Source: Octopus bimaculoides (lineage: Eukaryota). Taken from it: a stretch of 64,000 nt of DNA. The position numbers and the translations under genes were made by a program. Shown piece after piece: positions 50,037-63,499 of this stretch. The DNA lies in contig NC_068982.1 of assembly GCF_001194135.2 (NCBI RefSeq), positions 49,891,940 to 49,955,939 on the forward strand, in the 5' to 3' direction. The notes beneath the pieces are model-generated. The model saw only the letters and a program-made list of their open reading frames with translations, did no database searches and was not told the DNA's origin. Numbering within the stretch: the first letter of the stretch is position 1; every line of letters starts with the position of its first letter.

Positions 50037-53026
50037 TATCAATAATAATAATAATAATGATGATGATAATAATAATAATGCCTTGATCAGAGTCACAAGC
50101 AAATGTAAGATTTGAACTTTTGACTGTTTTGTTAATAGTCCAACAATGTAAATTTACATTATTCATGGTTTATTTTTATCACATTCTAAAATAAGGAGAA
50201 ACATCTATTTGTTTTTGTTTTTTTAACAAAAAGGCTTTGTTTATCTCCATCACTACCATTTCCCCATCTATTTTTACATGTTTGTCTATGAAGATTAAGT
50301 AAATACTTTCCATTCTCATCTTGATAATTTGTTTCAGATCAACCAAAAACACAAAACTTTAAGAGAAACGGTATAAAAGAAATGGAAGGAGCTAGCAAGC
50401 TAATGGCTAAATAGACATTGTCTTGAGATTTGAATAGCTTTCCCTTGGGTAAAGTTTAAAGAAAAGGAATGTTCTTCATACACACTTTATCATCATCATC
50501 ATCCATTTGATGTAACAGAGTAAAACAATACATAGAGCATGAAGCAAAACTTTTAAAACAAATATTATTTCCCTTGGGTAGATTCTGTGATTTTCCAAGA
50601 ATGAATAAGATATAATAGTATCAAGGACGTACAAATTTTATTTCTCACATATGGAAAAACAAAACAAGAAAAAAACGTAGAATTTTTTTTTATTACTATT
50701 ATTATTTTTTTTTTTTTTATTAAAAATATTCTATTTTGTTAATTCTGTACATACAGAGTAAAACAAAAAGGTATATCCCAGTTACAGGTAAATTGCAGCT
50801 CTTGAGGCTTTCTGAATGGCGTACCTAATTTCATGAAGAAAATAATGTTTTCTAATAGTGCAGCCCACCTGATGATAAGCCATGTTTTATGTGGCCCACT
50901 TCTTGGTAAATGTTGCCCATGCTGGGCTCATGCAGCTAATTCTTAAGTGTTATATACAACTTGCACACAGCTAATTCATAAGTGTTGGATGGCAATTACA
51001 GCAAAATGACTGGTCAGTGCTTTGCTAGTTCTATGATTACTATCTGTGAGCATATGTGCTTCATCCCTCCTCACCTGTCAGAAAAAGTTAGGTAGATGAC
51101 TGAAACCATCTCATTTGGTATGTCCTTCCATATCCTACACACAACAAAATCTTGCCACTCCAGTTTGCCACTCAGCTGGCAAAAATGCATTGTACCTGTA
51201 ATTCAAAGGACCAGCCATGTCACATTCTATAATGTTGAATCTCACTGAGAACTACATTAAGGGTATGTGTGTCTGTGGTGTGCTCACCCATTTGCACATT
51301 AATTTCACGAGCAGGCTGTTCCATTGATCAGATCAACTGGAATCCTCATTGTCACATTGGGTTCAGTCACCTCCATATTGAGTCCAATCCTTGCACTAAC
51401 CACTATATCCTATACTTCCTCTTCACAGGAATTCCTTTGTTAAACACATCTCTCCTACAGTTAAAAACTTGCAGCATTACCTATGGAATATTGTCTTTAT
51501 CAATCTCAAAAGCCTTCGGGTACCTAATGCTACTGCCCCTTCTTCCAGACCTACTAATAAAAAGAAAAAGGTGGTGAAACCAGTTATTTCACTGTTGGAT
51601 CTCACTACTACTTTTTCGAATTCTTATATTTGAGACAACAATAGAATGAGCTATAGCAACATACACACCAATTTTTAGTGACCAGACTTCAACTGATGAT
51701 TAATACAAAGATAATATCAGTAAGTTCTATTAATTAGTCTCAGCATTCAGTCAGCTTGACTTAACTAATTCATGTCACTGCATCTGACACAATCACCGGT
51801 TAACAGCAGTGTTGTATAAAGAGGCATGACAAAGTATAATTAATTTACCACTTCCTTAATTCTATCACTGAAGAATTGTTGCTCACGATAAAATTTTATA
51901 GAGTTTAGCCCTGCATGATTCCTGACAGCTATAGTCTCACAAATGAATATTTTCTGAGTCATGAAAATAAGTTGATAAATGGAATACTGAGGTCTGTTAC
52001 TTCGATAACTCTAGTAATGAAGTTATACTCTATCTTTACAATTGTTATAACAATTTAACATTAATTAAATTTTATGAGCAATACTTTTATTTTCATTCAG
52101 TTTTACACCTGTTTTTCCATGTTGGCATGGGTTAGAAAGAAACAATTATTATGGTATTCTTTTTACAGTCAGATGTCTTTCCTGTTGTTAACCTTCACCT
52201 ATTTTTCAAGTAAGGAGTCTTTCATTTCACATGTCTTTGAAAGTACAAACCCAGTTAGAGATTTATTGACAGGCCAAGTGACAACAATATCACAACACAT
52301 TAGATAAGCACAAATGTAAACAAACACACAGGCACACATACATATGTACATCATCATCATCATTTATTGTCCATCTTCCATGCTGGCATGGATTAGATGG
52401 TTTGACTGAAATTGGTAAGCTGGAGAGCTGTGCCAGGCTCCAATCTGTTTTGGCTTGGTTTCCAAAGCTGGATGTCCTTCCTAACATCAACCACTCTACA
52501 AGAGTGTAGTGGGTGCCTTTTATGTCACAGGCACAGGTGCCATTTATGTGTCACCAACATGGGTGTCTTTCATGTGTCACCAGCACTCCACGATGACAAT
52601 TTCACTTGGCTTGACATGTCTTCTCAAGCACAGCAAATCTCTATCACTTGTCATCCCCTCCATGAGACTCAACAGCCGAAGATCATAAATATATATATAT
52701 ATGCCCAAAAGTACATATATATGCGAGCATGTATGTACATGTATGCACACATGTATGCATGTATGTAATACATATATGGATAAATACGATAGGTTTCTTT
52801 CAGATTCTGCTTACCAGATCCACTCACCAAGCTTTGGTTGGCCTGGGGTTGTAAAGGAAGACACTTGGCAAAGGTACCATACAGTGTGGGACTGAACCCA
52901 AAACCATATGGTCGAGAAGCAAACTTCTAATCCACACAGCTATGTCAGTGCCAGTATAAAATGAAATTGTATTTAAAATTTTAAACTGTTCTTAGAGAAC
53001 AAAAGTAGTTTCTTGAAACAACTCAC

Positions 53027-53129
53027 AAGATTCTGGTGTTCTTTCCCAGTTTCTTGATGTCTTTCAGAAATTTCTGTGTCTGCTGTTTCTTCTAGTTTAC
53101 CCAACATTTTTATGAGATTTACTTGTTGC
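53027..53129 (-). CDS. KATNIP: KATNIP exon (103 nt): (R)QQVNLIKMLGKLEETADTEISERHQETGKEHQNL
   Basis: Acceptor ttgtttgcag| and donor ctt|gtgagt. Phase 2 to 0, compatible on both sides. Lies inside ORF 52973..53176. Confidence 0.82.
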
Positions 53130-53204
53130 CTGCAAACAATAAACAAACAAATAAATAAATAAATAAAAACAAACAAACAAAAAAGATAAATGATATTCTT
53201 TTAT

Positions 53205-53675
53205 CATTCTTTAATTTATTTCAGTCATTTGACTGTGACCATGCTGGAGCACTGCCTTTAGTCAAACAATTCAAACCCAGAACTTATTCTTTGTAAGCCT
53301 AGTACTTATTCTATCAGTCTCTTTGCCGAACCGCTAAGTTACAGGGATGTAAACATTCCAGCATCGGTTGTCAAGCGATGGTGGAGGGACAAAAACACAC
53401 ACAGACATATAATCCAAACAACTAATTAACGGGGACATAAACACATCAACACTGGTTGTCTAGTGATGGTGGGAGACAAACATAGACACACACACACACA
53501 CACATATATATATGAGAGGCTTCTTCCAGTTTCCATCTACCAAATCCACTCACAAGGTTTAGTTGGCCTGAAGCTATAGTAGAAGACACTTGTCCAAGGT
53601 GCCACACAGCAGGACAGAACCTGGAACTGTGTGGTTGGGAAGCAAGCCTCTTACCACATAGCCACACCTGCACCT
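53205..53675 (-). mobile_element. tRNA-headed SINE family A, full length, about 75 nt upstream of the 53129 acceptor
   Basis: Reverse complement of the family A head, body and tail. Confidence 0.75.
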
Positions 53676-53676
53676 A

Positions 53677-53714
<38 letters not shown>

Positions 53715-56700
53715 CTTCTCCAAAATGGCAAAGAACATGAATGTGTAGAAGTAAGAAAGCTAAAAATACAGTAATTTGTCATTACCAAGTTCTCATAGAC
53801 ACAAGAATGTTAATACAAGCAATGGAGTCTCTAACAATAACATAAAAAAATATTTTAAATAAAATTTGGTATAATCTTAGCGCACCGACATAAGATATTG
53901 TCAAAATATACTAATATCTAAACCTTTCACCATAATACTAAATTTCATGGTTATTCCAGTAATGATATTAAAGATTTACAAAAGAAAAATAGAATTCATG
54001 GCTTCAATAAAGTTGACATAGCATCGTCATCATTTAACATCTGTTTTCCATATTGACATGGGTAAAATAGTTTGACTAGGGCTGGTAAGCCGGAGAGCTG
54101 CACCAGGTTCCAGACTGTTTTGGTTTGGTTTCTATGGCTAGAAGCCCTTCTTAACACTAACCACTTCACAGAGTGTACTGGGTGCCTTTTACGTGTCACT
54201 AACATGGGTGCCTTTTATATGTCACAAGTATGGGTGCCTCTTACGTGTCACCAGAACAGGTGCCTTTCATGTGTCACCGGCACTGGCCACGACTATGTTT
54301 TCACTTAGCTTGATGTGCTTTCTTAGGCGCAATAAATTGCCTTAGTTTCAAACATGACATTCCTCAACAAAAGATTGATTGGTATATAAAATTGCTTTCT
54401 GCTGTTAAGGGCAATAAAATTTTGAGAAGATATATCTGATTTCTGCAGTAAACAGGTTAAAAAAAAAACAGGTACAATTTATTTTTATGAAGCTTCTACA
54501 ACTTTTTGACATTTCTAAAAATGAATTTAATCACATTCGAGGTTATTCTTGTTAAAAAACAAAAAAAAAAAAAGTTAAACAGTTTTCTAAATTATGTATC
54601 AACTTGATGTTTAGCCCTGGGACAAATTTGAATGAGTTGACTTAAAATTAAAAGCTTTCCAACTATAGCTACCCTATTAGTTTTCCTAATAATTGTGTGC
54701 CTAGGCAATTATTCAACAAGCCATTCCATTTTAAGATAACAGAAGACAGTTTGAAGGAGGTTTCGTTTAGTATTTCTAGTAGTTCAGTTGCTCATTGTTA
54801 ATATAGTGACTCACCTATTGCCTTAATAGATTAACTCATTTAATCCAGCCATATTTGACCAAAACATTCTGTTTTATGTTCAAACTGGCCAGATATGGTT
54901 TCTCACACTAACCCTACAATATCATTCAAAAACTTAACAGTTACCTCATCAAAATCTCAGAGCTACAAGATAATGCATGATTAATTCAAGACAATATGAA
55001 TAAACAAGCATTACTTTTGACAGAATAATCTGCACACTAAAGGGTTAAGGTGGATAATTATGATAAAGGATATTCAAACTAAGACATAAGAATTCCTCTA
55101 AAAATTATAAAACTGAATAAATTTTACTGTCTTTCAAATCCTACATGTTGAAATTTCATTTCAGAATGGAACTTTGATCCATCCAGTAGCATGGATGTTA
55201 TTCAATATGCTGAGTGTAATAAACAGCACAACTCATTCATCTAACATAGATAGGTAAATATATTAAAGGGAAACTGAATAATCATCTAATTGGTGATATA
55301 ATTAAGTTTCCTTACCTCAAATAAATCAGAAAGAATCATACCAGATAATAAATGATCTGATAAGGATGATCTATAAACTTATATTAAATAAACTCCAATG
55401 GTTGGCACCTGGCAACTGTTAACTATTAATTATTTACCCATTAAAGATTGGGCATTTCTAAAGCTTATATTGGTGAATAACAAAGTAAACATTTCCAGGC
55501 CAATGATAAATACTTTTAAAAAATATGATTCATCGGCTCTAAACAAAAGAAATTTATAGATAAAGAGATCCAGGATTTCAGGAGTGACAAAAGGAGCAGT
55601 AGTAGTTAACATTTATGAGCAGTTATGAAATGAAGCCTACAAAATGTCTACATGGATGGAACCAGCAGCTAAGCAATTTAGCCCTTATGTTCTTATGCCA
55701 TTCATAACAGATGCTATAAAATGTTATTGAGTTAAAGGATATTCTATTGTTAGAATTTGCTGGATATACCAGGCAGTTTCAGTTAAGGAGATGCCATTAT
55801 CAGTACTCAAGGAAAATGAAGTGATAAAGTATAGTTGCTATAATTTACAAACCTTTTAGCTCTGAAGGAAGGAAAATAAGAGTTGAGGTGTTTAATATAG
55901 AGGGCCACCAGAAGCCAGAAAGAAACATGTTGAATATGATAAGTTTTTACTCTTTTTTATTATTATCATTAATAATAAATACAGTACATTTTTTTTGTTT
56001 TGTCTGTGACATAACATGCCATGGATGAATTTATCAAAGGACTTCAAAAGTAGTCAACCTCTTGGACTAGATAGCAAATTATTTCAAAATTTGCATCTCT
56101 TGTTAAAAAAGTTGTACCAAGGATTTTCGTCCAAAGTGGAATCAGGGTCATCTATAATAGAAAACATTCTATTTTTGTATATATATTTCTCTCTAGAAAT
56201 ATTTAAAGATGTGATGTGAGCCATACAGCCATACAAGTCAGTGTCTACAGCCATCTTTTTAGACTGGTATTACATTGATGTCTAATTGATGCTTATATGT
56301 GGTTAGCCAGCATCTAAGTAATTCTGGAAAACTTTAGCCACAAGTATTAGTGTGTACAATACAAGTATTGGAGAAATTTGCAGTGAGTTGTAGAGCAGAG
56401 TAGCTTCCTTTATGAATATTGGTGTAATTATGTAAGTTGTACTCAGACTTTTTCTTTGTAGAGTAAAATCAGGAATCCAAAGAATCTGATGATGGTGTAT
56501 GTCAGCAACAAATTCTTCCACAGCAGAAATTTGTAGAAGTGTTCAAGGAATACATTTTCAGTAACATTTCNNNNNNNNNNNNNNNNNNNNNNNNNNNNNN
56601 NNNNNNNNNNNNNNNNNNNNNNNNNNNNNNNNNNNNNNNNNNNNNNNNNNNNNNNNNNNNNNNNNNNNNNNNNNNNNNNNNNNNNNNNNNNNNNNNNNNN

Positions 56701-57009
56701 NNNNNNNNNNNNNNNNNNNNNNNNNNNNNNNNNNNNNNNNNNNNNNNNNNNNNNNNNNNNNNNNNNNNNNNNNNNNNNNNNNNNNNNNNNNNNNNNNNNN
56801 NGAGAGAGAGAGAGAGAGGAAGTGCTGCTGTTGCTTTGGTCATGTGTCAGAATGCCCACAACACTCTCTTGCTTTCAAATGGAAAAGCTGGATTTTTTTA
56901 CCCTTCATAGCAACTGAACTGATCAAACTCTACCATAAACTCAACTTTTCCCAAGTAGTCTAGTTGTTTTCAGTGTTGGTCAATTAGAACTAAAATAAGG
57001 AATTAGCTG

Positions 57010-57445
57010 TGATTATTATTAGTTCATCCATCGTTGTCAATAATGACCAGACATCACATGGGAGAAGAAGACAAGGCACTGTGTGTCTGGTTGTGGCCAA
57101 TCAGTCTGATTTGTACCCAGAAGGTTCTGCTGCAAATCAGGTACTGGTTGGGGCTGAAAGCAAGGAGTTGACTCTGGACTTGCATAGTTTACATTTTGTC
57201 ATGCCCCTGCAATCCTGTTCTGTTTGTAGGAGGTAGCACTTCTATTGGGGCATCTTCACCAAGCAGGGCAGTCTTGTGCTTGCATTTCCCAGATATCAGG
57301 ATTAATCTCAAAGCTCTTCAGTGAGGCTTTGAGCATGTCCTTGAAGTCCTTCTTATGTCCACTTTGCATGTGCCTGCCTTTTATCAATTTATTGCAAAAC
57401 AGTCTCTTGGGGAGTCACGTGTCAGGCATGCGCTCTCCTCGGCAG
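57010..57445 (-). mobile_element. RTE/BovB-like LINE 3' fragment
   Basis: RMPDT*LPKRLF...KKDFKDMLKASLKSFEINPDIWE.QAQD..AW. Confidence 0.8.
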
Positions 57446-58247
57446 TGGGTAAATGATTGGTAGATCAGATTGATAGAAGACCTCTGTGTCAGGGACTTTG
57501 TCTTGCATGGTGATTTGTATACAAACACAGACAGATACAAAGATATCAATAATAGTAGTCTATGGCTAGCTGAGAGAAAAGAGTACTGAGTAGAGTCTAC
57601 ACTCATATTCAAAGTAAAATATTAATGCATTTTACTCCTTTCATATTGAGTGTCCATATGTTTGTTTGCATTAGCCATACACCAGCCATTACTACTAACA
57701 TACTTATTGAAACACAGATTCACAGACACACATACATGTATACACAAACACATGGACACACACACTGATAAATATATATCTATCCACACATACACACTTA
57801 CATGTGTATCATCAGTCATCAATTATTTTATGTTTGCTTTACCATGCTTTTATGAAAATACATATTTGCATATATGTGTGAGAGTGTGTATGCTTACATA
57901 ATACATCTGTAAATGCATTCATACACATTCTCAATTACTAATACACAACACAAGCACACATACATTCACTTACACACACAGACGTCAATTTATTTTAATA
58001 CGGAAGCAAGCAACAGTAACCAGATCAAAGGCAAAACTAAAACCAGCTAATCAATTCATCATCAATACAAGATGTTTATTTTTATAGCCAGCAGTGTGAA
58101 CGTTTGTTATGATAGCAACAAATATTGAAAAATTGCTGTTATTTAAATTTTTACAAGAAATTTAAATCGTAAGCATACAAAAAAAGTCACAATAACCTAC
58201 TGAAAGATCATGGCACTTTCTCTCCTTCTGTCCTATATATATAAATG

Positions 58248-58280
<33 letters not shown>

Positions 58281-58894
58281 NNNNNNNNNNNNNNNNNNNN
58301 NNNNNNNNNNNNNNNNNNNNNNNNNNNNNNNNNNNNNNNNNNNNNNNNNNNNNNNNNNNNNNNNNNNNNNNNNNNNNNNNNNNNNNNNNNNNNNNNNNNN
58401 NNNNNNNNNNNNNNNNNNNNNNNNNNNNNNNNNNNNNNNNNNNNNNNNNNNNNNNNNNNNNNNNNNNNNNNNNNNNNNNNNNNNNNNNNNNNNNNNNNNN
58501 NNNNNNNNNNNNNNNNNNNNNNNNNNNNNNNNNNNNNNNNNNNNNNNNNNNNNNNNNNNNNNNNNNNNNNNNNNNNNNNNNNNNNNNNNNNNNNNNNNNN
58601 NNNNNNNNNNNNNNNNNNNNNNNNNNNNNNNNNNNNNNNNNNNNNNNNNNNNNNNNNNNNNNNNNNNNNNNNNNNNNNNNNNNNNNNNNNNNNNNNNNNN
58701 NNNNNNNNNNNNNNNNNNNNNNNNNNNNNNNNNNNNNNNNNNNNNNNNNNNNNNNNNNNNNNNNNNNNNNNNNNNNNNNNNNNNNNNNNNNNNNNNNNNN
58801 NNNNNNNNNNNNNNNNNNNNNNNNNNNNNNNNNNNNNNNNNNNNNNNNNNNNNNNNNNNNNNNNNNNNNNNNNNNNNNNNNNNNNNNNNNNNNN
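58281..58894. other. Assembly gap (N run); other gaps at 11131-11324, 17058-17067, 27844-27853, 31426-31435, 33364-33373 and 56571-56801
   Basis: N characters, mostly next to TA or GA microsatellites. Additional small exons could be hidden in the larger gaps. Confidence 1.
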
Positions 58895-58930
58895 TATATA
58901 TATATATATATTCATATATGTGTGTGTGTG

Positions 58931-58961
<31 letters not shown>

Positions 58962-59055
58962 ATATATATATATAAATAAAATCATCACAAGGTTTTCTTA
59001 ATCTGTTTTCTTATCAAGTTTGGTAATAATTATAGCTAAATTGGTATTTTCTTAC

Positions 59056-59132
59056 CGAGGTCTCATTCTGAGAACATTTTTCGTGATTAAATTAACCTGC
59101 TGCTCAGTTAAGGTTCCAGAATGTGATTCAAA
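59056..59132 (-). CDS. KATNIP: KATNIP exon (77 nt): FESHSGTLTEQQVNLITKNVLRMRP(R)
   Basis: Acceptor ttttccttttgtattgcag| and donor cg|gtaaga. Phase 0 to 2 joins the next exon to give LRMRPRQQVNLIKML, which resembles the helical segment upstream of the first DUF4457 domain as I recall it in vertebrate KIAA0556. Confidence 0.8.
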
Positions 59133-60600
59133 CTGCAATACAAAAGGAAAATAAAATGTCAAAATGGAGAGAGAATTTTCTTATTGTATTGATGTATAAT
59201 ATAAAATGTGATGCAAATAAAACGTTTGTTCTTTAATACTAGGTCAGATCTGACTGAGCAGATCTTTCATCAAAATCGTTCCAGATGTGAGCAGCTCATC
59301 TTTTATTCATCTTTTACTTGTTTCAGTTGTAAGACTGCAGCCATGCTGGGGCATCACCTTGAAGAATTAGTAGTCAAATGAATTGACCCCAGTACTTTTT
59401 TTTTTTTCAAGCCTGGTTTTTATTCTATCAGTCTCTGTTGCCGAGCTGCTAAGTTACAGAGATGTAAATACACCAGAACAAGTTGTGGTGGTGGGGAACA
59501 AACACAGACACACAGACACACACACAGACACACATATAGGCTTCTTTCAGTTTCCATCTACCAAATCCACTCGTGAGGTTTTAGTCAGCCCAAGACTATA
59601 GAAGAAAATACTTGACCAAGGTTTCATGTAGTGAGATTGAACCTGGAATCATGTGGTTGGGAAGCAAGCTTCTTACTATACAGCCACACCTGCACCTAAA
59701 TATATCTTTTTTTTTTCTTTTTTTTTGAAAATGTGTATCTAGACATACAATGTCCAAGATAACCTTCTGTTTTGCTTTCTTTTGAATATTTTTCAGATAG
59801 TGAATGATTTGAGGAAGATTTGTTTGCTATTTCTGACAGCTATATTGAGAATTTCTTTTTTGTTGTTGGTTTCTGAATATTTGTTTGACTTTTTTCATTT
59901 TGTTGAAAATAGACATCTCTTAAACTCTAATGATATTTAGAAATACAATTTATTTAAGAACATTTTCATTGAAGAAAATAAAAATAATGTTTCCAGAAAT
60001 GACTCTTAAACTGAACAGAGACATTTGGTTAACTGAGTGCAGAAAACCTTGTTTACAATAAATTTATTAAATTCAAATGAGAAATGAAAACCAATCGAAA
60101 CAAAAAAAAAATTATATAATATTAAAAAAAATATAACAACTTTGCTATATAAAAGCTAGGAGACAGACACATTAACATTTGTATTGTCAAGAAACAGTTC
60201 CTATTTTACAGGTTTCGTTCAGATTTACTGCTTTAATCTCTTATGTAATCTAAGACAGAAAAAAATAAACAATATCAAAGATATAAAATGTAAATACTAT
60301 TGTGGCAAAATAACAGAGAGGGTTTGATTATATGACAGGGTGGAGGAGGAAGTGAAAGGAGACAGATACAGGATATTGTAACTTACATAAAGATTAATAG
60401 AAACAGAAAAATATGAGTGAAATTCTCTAAGAAAATAATAAAATTTCTATCCATACAAACACACACATTCTCATATAAAGACTCACATACATGAATCAAT
60501 ATTTTCATGTACACACTACAATGAAATAAAATATAATATTGATAGATTTACTACATTAGTAACAAAGTTGAACATAAAACTTTTCACTTAGGAGAGTAAT

Positions 60601-60775
60601 AACAATAATGATGATGGTGGTGGTGGTGGTGGTGGTGATGAAGATGATGGTGGTAGTGGTAATGATAACTTCAACAATGTTGATTATGATGATGAAGACA
60701 ATGGGGATGATGAGGAACATGATGACAATGACGAAGGGAAGGACTATGATGATGATGAATATGATGTTGACAACC
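60601..60775. repeat. Cryptic triplet repeat (GAT/GGT/AAT mosaic)
   Basis: Continuous 3-nt periodicity; a similar mosaic lies at 19880-19990. Confidence 0.7.
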
Positions 60776-61642
60776 ACAGCTGCAAGAAGGAAAATTATAG
60801 TTTCCGAGCAAAACCTAACAAAAGCAGCACTTATAATGATTGAGAGCAATTCACAATAGAAAAGTTTTATCCACAGTGATAACTAATTTTTCTTTTTTTA
60901 ATCGTGGTTATAAATATTATTTTCATAATTTTCTTTTATCAAAACTAGATTGCTAGATAGTGTTCCTAAAATGCACAAAATACGTAAACTGATAGAAGAA
61001 ATGAAAAGTTTTACAAACAGTCATTAAATTAATACTTACTGTTGTAAAATACCTAAAAATGAATTAGCACAAAATGTACGAACTTGAAGTAATGTTAAAC
61101 GAGCAGAATAATGTCTTGTATTTATTTGAGTTTGATTTTTCTTTCCTCTTGCAATAATTTGCATTGATCCATGTAAAGAACATTGTCCAGACTTCAGTAT
61201 TGGAGCTTTATATAGGACTGCTTTATTCCACAAAAACTGTATAGTTTCATCCAGCATTGTTAAGAGGAGATGACAGTTAGGAGTGTTACTCGAAACCATG
61301 CATATTTTTGTCCGCAGGGTAAAAAAACAACATACAGTTTGTGATTTATGCTTTCATAAAAGCAACATGGAAGGAACATAGCATATTTGTTTAATGCTGT
61401 TTAGTCCAACAAATACAGGGCATGTAACTAACTCAGCATTGATTATTGCCAGTTGTATGATATAATTAGACATTACTGATACTGGAGTCTTGCAACAATA
61501 AATACTTCCTAAAGCTTTCTATTTGTTTTAGTATTATTTCTTTATTTTATTTCCTTATTTTTTTTTTACATTTTCCTTGTCCTAGTAACTCTTAACATTA
61601 TCAACTATTGACTGACTGACAGACTGTCAGTCTAATGAGAAA

Positions 61643-61686
<44 letters not shown>

Positions 61687-61930
61687 TACACACACACACA
61701 CAAAGACACACACACACACACACATACACTTACAAAATCATCAAAACAAGACGGTTAGTAACCAAGAGCAGAAACAAAATGCGTTATTGTAATCCAGTAG
61801 CCATCAGCCAGTGTAAACAAAGAACTGAAAGAAGTAACTAGAAACTTGTTTCCTATAGTTGCACTCACATAAAAGTCCTGCTAACCCATTAACGAAGGTA
61901 GCTTAATCAATAGAATCAAATGAGATATAC

Positions 61931-62088
61931 CTGACTATGATGCTTTCTTGACTGCTTTGGATTCTGATTGTGGTTGTGGTCAGCATCATTTGAGCTGTCA
62001 AGTAGTTGGAATTTGATGAAATCATTGGAGATTTTGTTTTCTGGTTTCAATCCAGGCAGGATAGTATTTCTATCATGGGACGTAAATT
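61931..62088 (-). CDS. KATNIP: KATNIP internal exon (first in window, 158 nt): ..FTSHDRNTILPGLKPENKISNDFIKFQLLDSSNDADHNHNQNPKQSRKHHSQ
   Basis: Pyrimidine-rich acceptor tccatttttctttatggtctag| and donor CAG|gtatat. Only one frame is open, and it ends in phase 0, matching the next exon. No homology recognised, so support is splice signals and phase only. Confidence 0.6.
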
Positions 62089-62496
62089 CTAGACCATAAA
62101 GAAAAATGGACATGTAAAAAAACACATGAAATACAAAAAGGGGTCTAAACACAGATTATCAACAAATGGCCTTCTAACAATACATGCAATCAATAAGATA
62201 GAAAAATAACATCAATAAGGAAAGACTTTATCCATTAATTGGGATGTTTTGAAACAGTTTACTATTTTCTTTGAGAATTTCCATCTTTATACTTCTATGA
62301 GGAAATTCTTTAGTCTAAGGTTAATGAAGTTGTGAAACCTGTTCTCAGTCTGGTGGTAATTTGAAAACATAAAGTAACGGCAGGGACACTATCAATAATT
62401 GCAAAGACTCAACCAACAAATAACTTAACAAAAATAAGAAAAACAAACATTTTGCAATTTACTGTGGATTTCCATTCTCTCCACCAACAACATTAA

Positions 62497-62714
62497 CCTT
62501 TAAGCATTTTAACCAGTTATATCCAGCCCAAACATTTTATCTGTTTTATGTTGAAACTGGTCAGATCCAGCATCCCACATTTACTGTACAATGTCATTAT
62601 AAACAACAATCACATCTTCAAAAATCCTGAAACTATAAGATAATACATGATCAATTTTAAAAAATGTGGATAAATAAGCATTACATTAGATAAATTAATT
62701 TGACTGCTAAAGGG
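62497..62714. mobile_element. piggyBac-like MITE
   Basis: ttaa|cctttaagcatt ... gctaaaggg|ttaa; same internal sequence as the other copies. Confidence 0.7.
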
Positions 62715-62724
62715 TTAATAAAAT

Positions 62725-63440
62725 AATCAGGGAATAAATTTGGTTTTGATCTCTATTTTTTCATCTTCAGAATTTTTCCCAGTTTTTCTTTTTTTATTAT
62801 TATTTATATTTTTATTTATATTTATATGGTCTTATATACTGTTTGTAGGCTTTTTATGTGCCTTATATTTTTATATTTTCATTTTTCATTTATTTTTATT
62901 TTTACTTTATTCTTATTTTTATTTTTTATTTTATATTTATATTTGTATTGAATTTTTGTGAATCTCTGAAGAGGCCTAGCGAATCATGCATGTACCTCCA
63001 TTACATCATTTTCATCTGCTAATTACTTCGGCACGCAGGAGATATAGGGATAGAATGGGGCATGCCAATGTTAGGCTGAAACAGCTGTAAGTTTCTGTAT
63101 ATTCTCCAATTGCTAAATGTACTTTATATTTGTAACCTTAATTGTTAATATAATATGGCATGTCATAAGCATCTGTATATTGTGGTTTTTGTCATTTTAG
63201 TTGCAAAATAAACAAATTAATTCAATGGAATACACTGTCTGCAAGTCGATGGATACCGCATATTCTCCTCCATTTTCTTATTGCTATGTAAATTTAGGGT
63301 AAAATAACCCCCTTTTATCTGCACCCACTTATTACACTTGGTATAACACTAGTGTAACAATAATTGGGTACCCTCCCAGCAGTATATTGGATAGATATCA
63401 TCCCTTAGTGGGTTGAATCCTCAACCCCTAACTCTCTTGC

Positions 63441-63445
<5 letters not shown>
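62725..63445 (+). mobile_element. Probable Penelope-like pseudo-LTR region
   Basis: T-rich tract, hammerhead motif, AATAAA near 63207 and a terminal hairpin gggttga-atcc-tcaaccc. Lies directly upstream of a GIY-YIG coding segment on the same strand. Confidence 0.5.
62960..63095 (+). ncRNA. Type I minimal hammerhead ribozyme motif (PLE-type), antisense to KATNIP
   Basis: GAAUCU-CUGAAGA-GGCCUAGC...GUUAGGCU-GAAAC-AGCU-GUA^AGUUUC. Core intact, 8-bp stem II with extension, palindromic stem III ACAGCUGU, stem I 5 of 6 bp. Confidence 0.65.
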
Positions 63446-63484
<39 letters not shown>

Positions 63485-63499
63485 CATATATATATATTT

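Noticed and set aside
56443-59001. Long ORFs spanning N runs
   Set aside because: They appear open only because N codons contain no stops.
1342-60859. Low-complexity ORFs in the track (poly-Ile 1342, YI/RE repeats, His-Thr arrays 38942-39751, poly-Leu/Ser/Pro 33439-33944, 60556-60859)
   Set aside because: They are translations of microsatellites and minisatellites, with no splice or homology support.
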